From assembly GCF_001194135.2 (NCBI RefSeq), contig NC_068982.1, positions 185,459,978 through 185,521,065 on the forward strand: a DNA stretch of 61,088 bases, read 5' to 3'. The position numbers and the translations under genes were made by a program. This DNA comes from Octopus bimaculoides. Taxonomy: Eukaryota. Shown here in pieces: positions 49,936 through 61,088 of this stretch. Within the stretch, counting starts at the first letter, position 1, and every line of letters starts with the position of its first letter. The notes beneath the pieces were generated by a model. That model did no database searches. It was not told the origin of the DNA and worked only from the letters and a program-made list of their open reading frames with translations.

Positions 49936-51063
49936 TCCTTTGTAGTGTTGTTGTTATTTTTTTCTTTTGGATTTACATATATATATATATATAGGAAGAT
50001 AGCTATTTCTGCCTCTCTATTTCTATTACACTAACCTTTCATCATTTGATAATGGATCACCTCCTTTAATGCCCCCTCTGTTGTGGTAAGACACCTGCTT
50101 CTGTCTCTGTCTCACTGTAACCTTTTATCCTCTAACACAAGTTCCCCTCCTCAAATGCCCTGCCCCTCTCATAATTACTTGTCTTGTGAGTCACCCTGCC
50201 AGTGACGGTGCCACATTAAAAGCATCCAGTTCATACTAACATAATTCGCATTTGGAAGGGTATCCAACTGTAAAAATCATGCCAAAACTAACTTTGCCTG
50301 TGTTGGTGCAACATAAAAAGGACCGAGTCCACTCTGCAGGTGGTTGGTGTTAGGAAGAGCATCCAGCTGCAAAATCCCTGCTATAACAGACACAGGAGCC
50401 TAGGGTAGTTTTTCTACCTGGCCAGCTCCTGTCAACTATCCTACCCATGCATGGAAGATGGACGTTTGAGATACATATATATATATATAGTTTTATGCAT
50501 TTTCCCATGTTAGCATACATTGGATGAAAATGTAGCAATGCATTGTTTTACAACCAGATTTCCTTTCTGTCACCAGCCTTGGAAGTCTTGGATTTGATCT
50601 CAATGTATCTAGAGTAAGCGTTTCTTATTGTAGCCTTAGGGTTGATTCTACTGAATGAAACGGAGTAGGTGGAAATGTGGAAGCCCGTTGGATGAACTGC
50701 ATTTGTAATTTACATTGTGTAAAAACTGATTTTGCCTGAGAATTATATGTCCATGGAATATTGTCACAACACTGTAAGTTAATGATTAGGCTGTTTAGAG
50801 GATTGAACAACTGCAATACTTGCCAAAAACAATGGGAGATCTATTTACACAGATTCTAAAGCCCTGTTTGTTTACCAAATTGTTCGTTACATGAATAATT
50901 ACAACAAATACAAATAGGTTAATGTGTTCCAAGCGCCACCCAAACTCTATATAAATGTATAAAATGATGTTTATTTGTCCATCCATCAACAGAAAATACA
51001 TAAATGTGTGTGTGTATGTATTTCCTGTATGTCTCACTTATATCGATATGTGGTTATATCTTT

Positions 51064-51102
<39 letters not shown>

Positions 51103-54100
51103 CTACATAAAAAAAAATGGAAATCTACAATCTTTATGAAATAGGTACATAGACGTTAAAGAGCCGTCTACACACGCACTTCCAGCCATTTATACTCATG
51201 AGGAATCTACTTATGTTTTGCTGCTCAAACTTGAGCTCGTTAGATGAATGCAATTTTCTTTGGAAAAACTGTACACAATAAAATTTGATCACTTGGCAAT
51301 CTATTCATGTATGCTCTTCCAGGACATGTGTGTACATACTCATGGTTTGTTGTTTCATTTCATTACGCAAATGGGCTCCATCATATTGCTCGTGTCATCC
51401 ACTCGTGGTTCGATGATTAAATTTCAGCCTGTAATGCTAGTTAAATATTCTCTCGAAATAACATATGCTACTCACTTTGTTCATTATAAGAATCATTTAT
51501 ATACATGGTATCCTACTCTGTGTGTGTATGTGAAAACAAAAATCACTAAAGGCTCAGAATGGCCTCCCTTTGATTGAGAGGGAAAACTTTCATGAAGGCA
51601 TGTTTATAGTTTTGAAAACATTTGAACACCTCAGTTGTGGTTCTTAGTGACAATTATAGAAAAGGTGATCCAGTTTATATACCTTTTGTTACAAGCTATG
51701 TTCTCTTTCTTTAGGCAAGTAAACTGACAACTGCAGAACTCAAGTTACAAAATCACAGTGGAACACAAAGAAATAGGCAAGAGTGATTTGAAAAGGGTTT
51801 CCCCTCTAAAAGAAAAAAAACAAAAACTTCAACCTAATTTCTCATTCTCCCAGGTGCAACAGCACTCTCACAATGTCCCAATTTGAATAGGATACCAATG
51901 CCTGGAGCAACTATAAACTCTCAAAAATAATGTAAAACTCCTGTAAATATAGATGAATAAAAAGAATGGCTTAGATTGTGTTATAAGGAACTCCAAAAGT
52001 GGTGAGCTAGGATAATCGTTACTGTACAGAACAAAATGTTTGGTGGTATATTTTCTGGCTTTACATTCTATGTTTAAATGTTGCCAAAGTTGACTTTGCC
52101 TTCATGCTTTTGGGGGTTGATAAAATAAATACTAGTATAAAACTGGGGTTGATGTAAATGAGGTTTTAAAAGTGCTGGCCTTGTGCGAAAATTTGAAAAC
52201 ATAAGGAACTCTACAAATCTCAGGTTGAACTGTTGGTCGTGAAGAAACTAACAAAATGATGGCCGGCCAGTTTATGGTGTAGGCAATAGAAGCACACAAG
52301 AAATTAATTCTTGCGTGGCAATGCTGCTCCTCCTTTCTGCAATTACAAACACTACTACCACTACCACAAATAACAACAGTGGATACTAATTTAGTAGACG
52401 GTGCCAAGTAAAATAAATACTCTTATTTGAAACACAAAATAATCATCAGAGCAGAGTAACTGACAATAACAGTAAAAAAAAAATATATTCAAATGTAAAG
52501 AAAAAAGATGTTCTTTTTTTTTCTCTTTGCATTGTGGAATTTTCTTTAAGATGAAACTTTACTGAAAGTAAATCAAATTGTTATACCGTCATACAAACAA
52601 GATGTTACCGTAAACTCAAAACTGATGATGATAAACTGGTTAAAGATGTTAGTAAATGATGTAGATAGCATGTAAAGTAATAAAAGCATTGGTTCTAAAA
52701 CTAGATCCTACTCTCCTCTTGACAGAAATTCGTTTTAGGATGACACTAAAAACAGTCTGACCAGCCATGACATAATTTCAGAGGAAATTTTTGTAAGAAA
52801 TGGTCAAAGAATAATGGTAAAGACAAGATAGTAAGATATCCGAGTTGAAAATAATGAGGAAGAAAATGCAGAGTCTTGCTCATACAAACCCACGTGCACA
52901 CATGCATGAACCTGGAATGTACATAGTTAAGGCTGGAAGGTGTTAGATGAAATTGAATGCAATGCTAATGCTCAAAGTCTGCCAAAGAAACACCAATATA
53001 ACTGTCAGAAACTAAAGATGCCAACCTCCCGACACTTATCACTGAATTAATTGATGAAAGTAATCATTTGAGCTTATCTGGTCCTTATTTGTCTACAAGG
53101 AAAACTGGAAATCTTATAGATTCATGCTTATTTTAAGAATAGCACATAAATAGTAGGGTGGGAAAAGAAAGACAATATTTGTACAAGATGGAAAATTCCT
53201 TGTTTCAGATGAAGTTTTAGAGAAATTTGTCTTTTGTTAAAGTTGTAAAATATATAGATTATAAGAGAAAGCAGCAGGTGGCACTAAAAATGTCTTTGAC
53301 CTTATATTTTGGTGAAAAATGCTTTTACTTGAAATCATTAAATGCAAATATTGCTTATTATATTAAAATACACATTTTTTGGTTTTGACTTACCGTAAAA
53401 GCAATTTCTCATCTCTGTATATTTCATTTGTCAGCAGATATTAACAACATTAAAACATCATCTACCATTTGCAGAAAAGGGAGAAGTTAGCTAGAATCTC
53501 AATGAAGTAAATCTTCATCAGGTAGACATCAGTTATACTATATTAATACTCTTCCTTTTAAAAATGGAACCAACATTTGTACAATATACCATTCATGACT
53601 ATTTCTAAGGAAGGAGAGAAAAACTGACAAAATTTCAGAATGTAATCTTTCAGTTAGCAACAATAGTGTGGTAGTGATTGTGGAAGCAGAGTTAGTTAGC
53701 ATTACCATCAATAACTTAAGCAACAAACTTGTCACTAAACTTTTATTATCACAGTAAAAAGTGATTTGGAATGGAAATGACATGGAAACAGTGCAGCCCA
53801 ATTTTACTGTACTCTTACATTGTTCTTTCAAATTGATGAATTCATTGTTACTATGATTATAATTAGTGGTTTCATTTGCTTTTATTTTTGAGACAGGCAG
53901 TTTATTAGGAAGATGAGCAAAATATATTTATATAGGAAATATAATTCTTTTTTAATCCATTTTACCAAGTTCATATAGCTTGGACAGATGTCTGTGGAAG
54001 TGCTTATTTTTGAAGTTTAATAAAATTAGATAAATGAATAGCAGATCTTTTTCTCAAATACACAAAACATAAAGGCTGGATATATTTTCAGCTAAGTAGC

Positions 54101-55783
54101 TTTTACTAGACACTCCAAAGGCTTAAATTTACATTAACAACGATTAAAACCCACAAATGCCTAGTCAATGTTTAATCCCTGAATGTGCCATGCCAATCAG
54201 TAAAATTAAAAACCAAGCAAAAATTACTCCACACTCAAAGTATTAACTCACATTCTAGATGTTAAATGTTAAGGTGAAACAGTAAAATTAGCAAAATTAT
54301 ATAATGAGGAAAAAAAAAAAAAGAAAAAATTAAATCCAAACATGACTGAAACATTTAAAAAACAAATGCATTTGTCAAGTATAATTGATTTCAGAATGAA
54401 AATGTCTTAAATACAGTCGTCAGTTCTAATTGCAGCAAACACTTCATCCATAATGTGTTTCTCATGGAATTATGTCACAGGATACAATTAATTATATTAA
54501 TAAAGTGATTGGTTCTTTTGATTGGATATATTTAATAGTGCACATGAACATAAGCATACGTACACAAATATATATACAATAACATACATACTTTGTAGGA
54601 AATGAACATATACATGTATATATCCTTGGCTACCAAATTACCTAATTGACAATAAGTAATACTACACCTTTATCAAGTGGTTACTCTGGAAAGGTAGGCA
54701 TCCAGTAATCTTAGTCTATCATACATACAAAAAATGAGCAACTAGTAAATTACTAGAGTGACAGGGGCCTAAATACATTATTGGAGGTGATTAAGGACCT
54801 GGTTAATGGTGACTGAGATTCCAACCATACTGATAGGTATAACTGAGGTCCACCCAAATCCACCATCATCTGCAAGTCATTTCCTAAATACACTGTTAGG
54901 AATGATTGCGGTCCCAACTACAGTTCTGGGTATAATTGAAACACCCACAACATTATTGGATGTAATTGATTGAGTTTCTGAATACCTGTTTAATGTAATT
55001 GAGGTCTGTCTTAATTTCACTGGTGAATGTAACTGAGGTTTGAGATTCTAACTGCACCTTTAAGGGGTTACAAATACAATATTTAATACAACTAGGGGTG
55101 ACTCAATTACTCTTAACTGTGACTGAGATCCTTAATACTCACCACTGTAGGAGCTAGATACCCTGTTTACTATTCCATGTTCATCCGATGTATACATGAT
55201 GTATATTAGCATGATACATGTACACATGATGTATGTACACATGTGTGTAAATGTGTGATGAGAGGAAGAAAAGAGACTGGAATATACTAAGTGGTTACAC
55301 TTGACTTATATGAAATACCAGGATGAAACATAGCTTCAGTAAAAATTAAACGATTTGAAGAATGAATGGTTAAAACACATGCACACATTAAAAATCTGAA
55401 AACTTTTTGTTGGATTACAATACAGAAATAGATATGAAACACTTCCCAAATTGTGATGTCCACAGCTCATATTGGTCCATGATCTAAGCCCTTATTTCTG
55501 GAATTGTCTTGTGACAGCTCATACTGATCCATGATGCAGCCTCTTGCTTTTGCAACTGAGCGCAGCAAGAAAATGGTCCCTTGTATATAGGTAAAAAAAA
55601 ATCAAAAACCAGTTCCATCGTAAATGGAAAGTGCTAGGTCCAACCTAACTGTCATGGAATTATCTTTCAATGGTGCTTGGAATCATTCTTACCAGGCATT
55701 CGTAGTGAATATGTACAGTTTTGTTTCTTTCACACAAGAACTGACTGAAATAGACAAGAGATTTTTAGAGAATCTCTGTGTTT

Positions 55784-56326
55784 TCAGCAGATACATGGTA
55801 AATGCTTGATTAGTTCCTGAGTGAAACTGGCCTTTTTCTTATTGAGATCTATCTCTCGGCGAACTTCATCGAGAAAAATCTTTGGTACGATACCAACACG
55901 AGGTGCGATGTTAATCAATTTCTCCAACACCTTGATTTCGCATTCAAGGCATTTGGCAACCTTAAGGGGATCGCTATTGCCATTTGCAGTACATTTGCTC
56001 TTAGACTGGCTAATTATGCTTGGTGTCAGTACTACTGCTAGGTTTTTAGCAGTCATGCCATTCAAGTCTGAATAAGAGGCAACTTTTGCCAAAAATAAAG
56101 TCAGGAAGCGCAGGGTGTAGAGATGTTCATACGGCAGCAGTAAACAAAGCAGTAAAAGGGAAGCATCAGCAAATTTGGAATCATCATGTTGGACAACATG
56201 CATAAAGCTGTCATGGTAGAGATTGGTCAGCAGTGGTTCCTTCAGCTTACGGAAGAAAGTCTTTACAAGATCAGTGATATCAAACAAAGTTGCTATGGAG
56301 AAATCCATGCTAGCTTCAATATCAGC
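55784..56326 (-). CDS. ARHGAP11A: RhoGAP gene exon (phase 0 start), C-terminal part of the RhoGAP domain up to a TGA stop
   Basis: DITDLVKTFFRKLKEPLL...ASLLLLCLLLP...LRFLTLFLAKV...NGMTAKNLAVVLTPSI...KLINIAPRVGIVPKIFLDEV resembles ARHGAP11A (recalled ATLLLSCLL...NKMDSSNLAVIFAPNL...IGRVPDFILEKI). Acceptor TTTTTTCATTGCAG|GCT. Confidence 0.8.
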   Translation of the reverse strand, partial: ADIEASMDFSIATLFDITDLVKTFFRKLKEPLLTNLYHDSFMHVVQHDDSKFADASLLLLCLLLPYEHLYTLRFLTLFLAKVASYSDLNGMTAKNLAVVLTPSIISQSKSKCTANGNSDPLKVAKCLECEIKVLEKLINIAPRVGIVPKIFLDEVRREIDLNKKKASFTQELIKHLPCIC

Positions 56327-58032
56327 CTGCAATGAAAAAATATAGCTTAGAGATAGAGATGTCAGAGAAGACAAAAATAAAAATAGTATCATTAAAACAG
56401 ACAAAATAAGATCAGATATGTTTCTATGATCTTCACTAGATATTTCAGTACAAAAGATCTGCTTTTTTCTGCCCACATTGAAAGGTTTCTGCAGATTTGT
56501 ATATTTGTATCCAATTGTAGCTTTTTACAGTTAACTGTCTTCATAACAGGAATAGAACAAAATTATTTGATTTACTGAGTGACTCCTTACCATAGATCAG
56601 GGAAAGTTTCAACTTAAGATCAAGTTGACAATGGTTCAGCTACACATGAATCCATATTAAAAACTAGCATAAGTGGGCTGGTTACACCACTGGCATAGGC
56701 CACGGGTTATGGTCTCACTTGGCTTGCCGGGTCTTCTCAAGCACAGCATATTTCCAAAGGTCTTCATCACTAGTCATTAACTCAGTGAGGCCTAATGTTC
56801 GAAGGTCGTGCTTCACACCCTTGGAATTGCAAAATAAAGTATGAGTTTGGGAAGAGGATGGAGGAAATTGTTAGAGCATCAGTTCTAGCTCTGTGCATTC
56901 CGAGTTCAAACTGAACCTCCTATCACCAGAAAACAGAACAGTGGTACTTGTATCAAGAGTTGCAACTGACAAGTAGATCAGCTGCCACCACAACCACCAC
57001 AAAATAAGCAGAATCAACCTCAATAAGATCTTACATCACTCAATTTTGTCAGTCATTGCTGTAAATGGTAAAACAGATGTACAAAGAAGCAACCTTCCAG
57101 AAGAAGATACAAAATGGATTTGGTGACCAAACTATGCGACTGAATCAAAGATATCCAATGAAAAACAATGGACTTTCAAAAATATTAGAATAAATTTAGA
57201 AAACCCTTCAAATGCCTGTTAACTCATGCTAGCATAGGTGGGATGAGATTTTGTTCACACACACACACACACACACACACACTTGTATACAGGTTCATTT
57301 ACCTAACAGGTTTACTTATTTATCAAAGAAAACTAAATTTCATTTTCCTTGGAAATAACTGCTTGAAAAAAGTAGTATCAAGTTCTGTAATTAATTATTG
57401 TCATTCTTTATATTTGACAGCTGTGTACATGTGGATATATACATACATGCATGTACACATACATATCAATCACAGATAGAAAACTGAAGCATTAATAATA
57501 TTGTTCTATTCCACAGAACTTCCAGTTACCATTTCATAATTTCCTCACAATTCAAGCACCAATTACAGAGATGAGGATTTTTTTATATTTATACTTTCTG
57601 AGAGTGAATATAATTAAACTATACAATATTTGCATTTTATTGAGTGGGCAAAATTTTTTAAAAAGTCTGACTATAAGAGAAAAGACTAGAGAGTAACCAT
57701 CCTAATGACAATGTTAGTGAGAAGTGTCTACTTGTAGTGGCAGGAATTAAAAGAAATGTATAAGTTTAATTTTCATTAGATGTTACTGTGCTCGATCCAT
57801 GTGTCAAACTTCAAATCTGAAACTCTTCTTTGTCTTTAGTCAACTTGTCCTTACAAAACTGTGAGTCAGGTATTACTCAATGCTAATGTCTCATGTAAGC
57901 ATGCATTAAGACTACTTGCAATATCACTTGCAACGAACAAAGTCGGTTAGCTATAATTTAGTATACTTACTATTGATGTGATGCAAAGATTAAAACAGAG
58001 TATAATTTGTGCTACTCTCAAAATATACTTAC

Positions 58033-58135
58033 CGACACTTGTTTCTGTCTCTGATGGGATCCAGAACGTCGGAAAATGCCTTCCATTTTGAAATATTCAT
58101 TCTTCTCAATGTATTCAAAAGCACGTAAAAGGAAT
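58033..58135 (-). CDS. ARHGAP11A: RhoGAP gene exon (103 nt, phase 2-0) with the arginine finger: FLLRAFEYIEKNEYFKMEGIFRRSGSHQRQKQVS
   Basis: EGIFRRSG catalytic motif; acceptor TTTTGTCTTTTAAAG and donor TCG|GTAAGT. Confidence 0.9.
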
Positions 58136-58293
58136 CTTTAAAAGACAAAATTACCAAAATAAATGTAAACCCTTCAAGTAAAAAAAAAAAAAAAATTAAA
58201 TGTTACTAAAGATTATCTCCCTTGCATTACAATTCTCTACCAAATATTTAACAAGGACGATTTGCGTTTTTAGTTATTTTTGGTGGTTCCCAG

Positions 58294-58710
58294 TCATCAT
58301 CATCGTTTAACGTCCGCTTTCTATGCTAGCATGGATCGGACGATTTGACTGAGGACTGGCGAACCAGATGGCTGCACCAGGTTCCAATCTGATCTGGCAG
58401 AGTTTCTACGGCTGGATGCCCTTCCTAACGCCAACCACTCTGAGAGTGTAGTGGGTGCTTTTATGTGCCACCAGCACGAGGGCCTGTCAGGCGGAACTAG
58501 CAACGGCCACGCTCAAATGGTGTTTTTTTACGTGCCACCTGCACAGGAGTCAGTCCAACGGCACTGGCAACGACCTCGCTCGAATGTTTTGTTCATGTGC
58601 CACCGGCACAAGTGCCAGTAAGGCAACGCTGGTAAATGATCACACTCAAATGGTGCTTTTTACATGTCACCAGTACGGAAGCCAGACAGCTGCTCTAGCA
58701 ACGATCCTGC
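58294..58710 (-). mobile_element. RTE-LINE 3' UTR copy in the RhoGAP intron
   Basis: (CAT)nCGTTTAACGTCCGCTTTCTATGCTAGCATGG... with internal GGCAACG/GTGCCACC repeats. Confidence 0.8.
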
Positions 58711-58888
58711 TCGGATTATCAGTGTATTGATTATATTAGTACAAGACTGTAATATTGTACTTGGAGTATCCAATCACCCAACGATAGAGGGTCTACCTGT
58801 AAGTGATTATTTAAATGCATAATTACTGGTACAACTCACTGAGGTAAATGTCTAAGATGTTATTAAGACTATTTCAATTTTACAGTAT

Positions 58889-58937
<49 letters not shown>

Positions 58938-60125
58938 TTTCTTTTTTTTCATACACGCTACTAAATATATCCAGTGAAAAGGTGTCTTATTTCTGTGCAA
59001 AAGATTAAGTTGCATTTCAACTAGATATCTTCATTTAGAGAACAGATAAAAGGTACATTGTTCAAGTATATTTGACCACATGCCATTGGCATATAAGAAT
59101 ATTATTAACCTTTAGTTTCGAAATAAAAGTTTCTAGTTTGGACCCAATATTGGGCTGCAACAATACCAGGAATAAGACCCTTGATGACAATAATTACATT
59201 TTATGGCTAATCTCTAAAACCAGAATGAAACTCTCAGTCACAAGTGTTAAACACTGAGATTTTGCTTTTACTTCTTAACTGGCAATTTGCATGGTACCTA
59301 TTACACAATTTATAGGGAGTCACAGAAAATATTAAAAGTTAAAAGGAGATGAACTTTTCTTAAATTCTTTGACAAAAATCTAACCTTAAATAAGAATAGA
59401 TGTATTTAAACTTTTCACAAGTTCTGATATGAACTTATTTAAAATTCCCAAATGAAATGGAGACATAATACACCACATATATTCTAACAGAAGTGGCTGA
59501 ATTAGTCTAATTGATCCCCAAACTTGACAAGCACTTATATTGACCTCAGAAAGATGTAATGTTATGTACTCGGTAGGAGGTTGATCAAGAACAACAATAC
59601 ATACTACAGCTCACTGTCAAAGATCAATCATGAATTGGAACTTTGTGAATAACAGATTAGATCTGTTGTCTTAAACACTTTTTCAGCTTCTTCTATAACA
59701 ACATTTGTAAACCTACTTCACACCTATTTCTGACACAACCTAACAGTTATTAATAACATAGCTTAATTTTTAATATTTCAATCAATTCTTTTGACTACAA
59801 AAATCATTGCACTTTGTACAGATCTGGACCTAACAACTGAATATTTTAGATGACCTAGCTCGCCAACGTCTTTACTGTTCATTCTTAAGGTACGGAGATG
59901 TGAGTTTTAGTTTTCCACAACAGTCTTTCATTGTTGTCATTGTTACAATGACACTTACCATTCATTATACTCAAATATAACACTACATTTGTAAAAGTCT
60001 TTAAACTACTGTTTGATCTCCAGACAATATCAAAGATTATAAAAGTGTGCTTTTGTTCAGTTTTAAAGATTTAACATCCAGAAGCTTAAAGTAGGAAAAA
60101 AGAATTGAATAAAATAACTGCTTAC

Positions 60126-60208
60126 GTTGGTACAAGTCCAAAGTCATCAGTGGGATAGAAGGGCACATATGTTAGATAATTTCCAAATGTCTGACTTGAA
60201 TGATCATA
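60126..60208 (-). CDS. ARHGAP11A: RhoGAP gene exon (83 nt, phase 0-2): YDHSSQTFGNYLTYVPFYPTDDFGLVP(T)
   Basis: FG...L..VP......G.VP.FL matches the start of the RhoGAP domain (recalled ARHGAP11A IFGVPFNALP...YGHIPSFL); acceptor TTTCTTTCTCCAG and donor AC|GTAAGC. Confidence 0.88.
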
Positions 60209-61088
60209 CTGGAGAAAGAAAGAAAAAAAAAAATCAAAGTTAAACAAAGGCTTTTACATCAGTATTCAATGACTAAGAAATTGTGGTGGTTTTGTTTCCT
60301 AGGTGGTATGATTCAAAGTAAGGCAGTCCCAATTGGTATTAGATTAGCTTATCATTGAGAACTTAATACTACACCTTGTTGCCACACACATACAACAGAA
60401 GCAATTGATAAAATCAACACAGGAGACAAGACAGAATGGGATGTAGAAAATATTACTGATTAGCAACAATAACAGCAGCATGAACCCTCCTATATCTGCA
60501 GAGTGAAGGGTAACAGAAAGCAGTTAAGAATGATGAAGGCCCTAATTATAAACAGAAAATCAAGTGTTGAAGTATTTAAATACTATCTCAAGCAAATAAG
60601 ACATCCTGATAAAGGAAATAGGTGATATCTGTTAACTGTGTGCTTGTGTGTGCTTTTATTTATGCTCAACAGGAAGCAGGAGAAAAGTTTTATGTACCCA
60701 AATTGATTCTATCAGCATGTATGTATAATGAGCATGAGTGCATATATGAGAGGATGAGTTCATTAGTATAATTGCGTGCATGAGTGTCTGTGTTAATGTT
60801 CATAAATAACTAGAGGAATATGGTTTGAGAGAGGGGGGAGGGGGGGAGAACAAAACTGTCTATATTTGTATGTACAAGAGTGCATGTACATGCGTATGTA
60901 AGACTGTTTATAGTTAAGTTTCAAGAGTATAAAACAATAGTAAATGGTCAAATAAACGTTGTTTTATATTACAACAAGCTATTATACAATAGTACTGAGT
61001 CATACATTATATATATCAATTTAATTTTAATTTCTTATAAATTGATTTTAATTGAGTTTTTACCTGTAATTTTGGATTTTGTCCCTAA

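Noticed and set aside
53394-53460. - strand exon-like segment with a GTAAGT donor downstream of the RhoGAP gene
   Set aside because: Stops in all three frames from the apparent acceptor; at most a UTR exon.

Overview
This is AT-rich, microsatellite-rich eukaryotic (animal) genomic DNA with many N gaps. The repeat complement (RTE-LINE 3' tails ending in (GAT)n, tRNA-SINEs, Penelope elements, mariners) resembles a coleoid cephalopod, probably Octopus; that is an inference from recalled repeat families, not a database result. There are two convergent host genes. (A) On the + strand is the 3' part of an unidentified gene encoding a large, highly charged protein: eight phase-compatible exons from 3923 to a stop at 33128 plus AATAAA, including a 1358-nt exon and two paralogous 75-nt exons. 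(B) On the - strand is an ARHGAP11-like RhoGAP gene with three clear exons (60208 to 55784) whose frame stops right after the GAP domain. The rest is introns and intergenic DNA filled with mobile elements: a Ty3/gypsy fragment, three mariner relics, hAT and piggyBac MITEs, RTE LINE pieces, SINEs, and a decayed Penelope-like element with Asn-rich expansions. The most notable signal is a set of minimal type I hammerhead ribozymes with self-complementary stem III. Two of them form a TSD-flanked 350-bp-period, retrozyme-like insertion (28391-29082) with a compensatory stem II change; others lie upstream of the Penelope element. All coordinates and alignments were read by hand.
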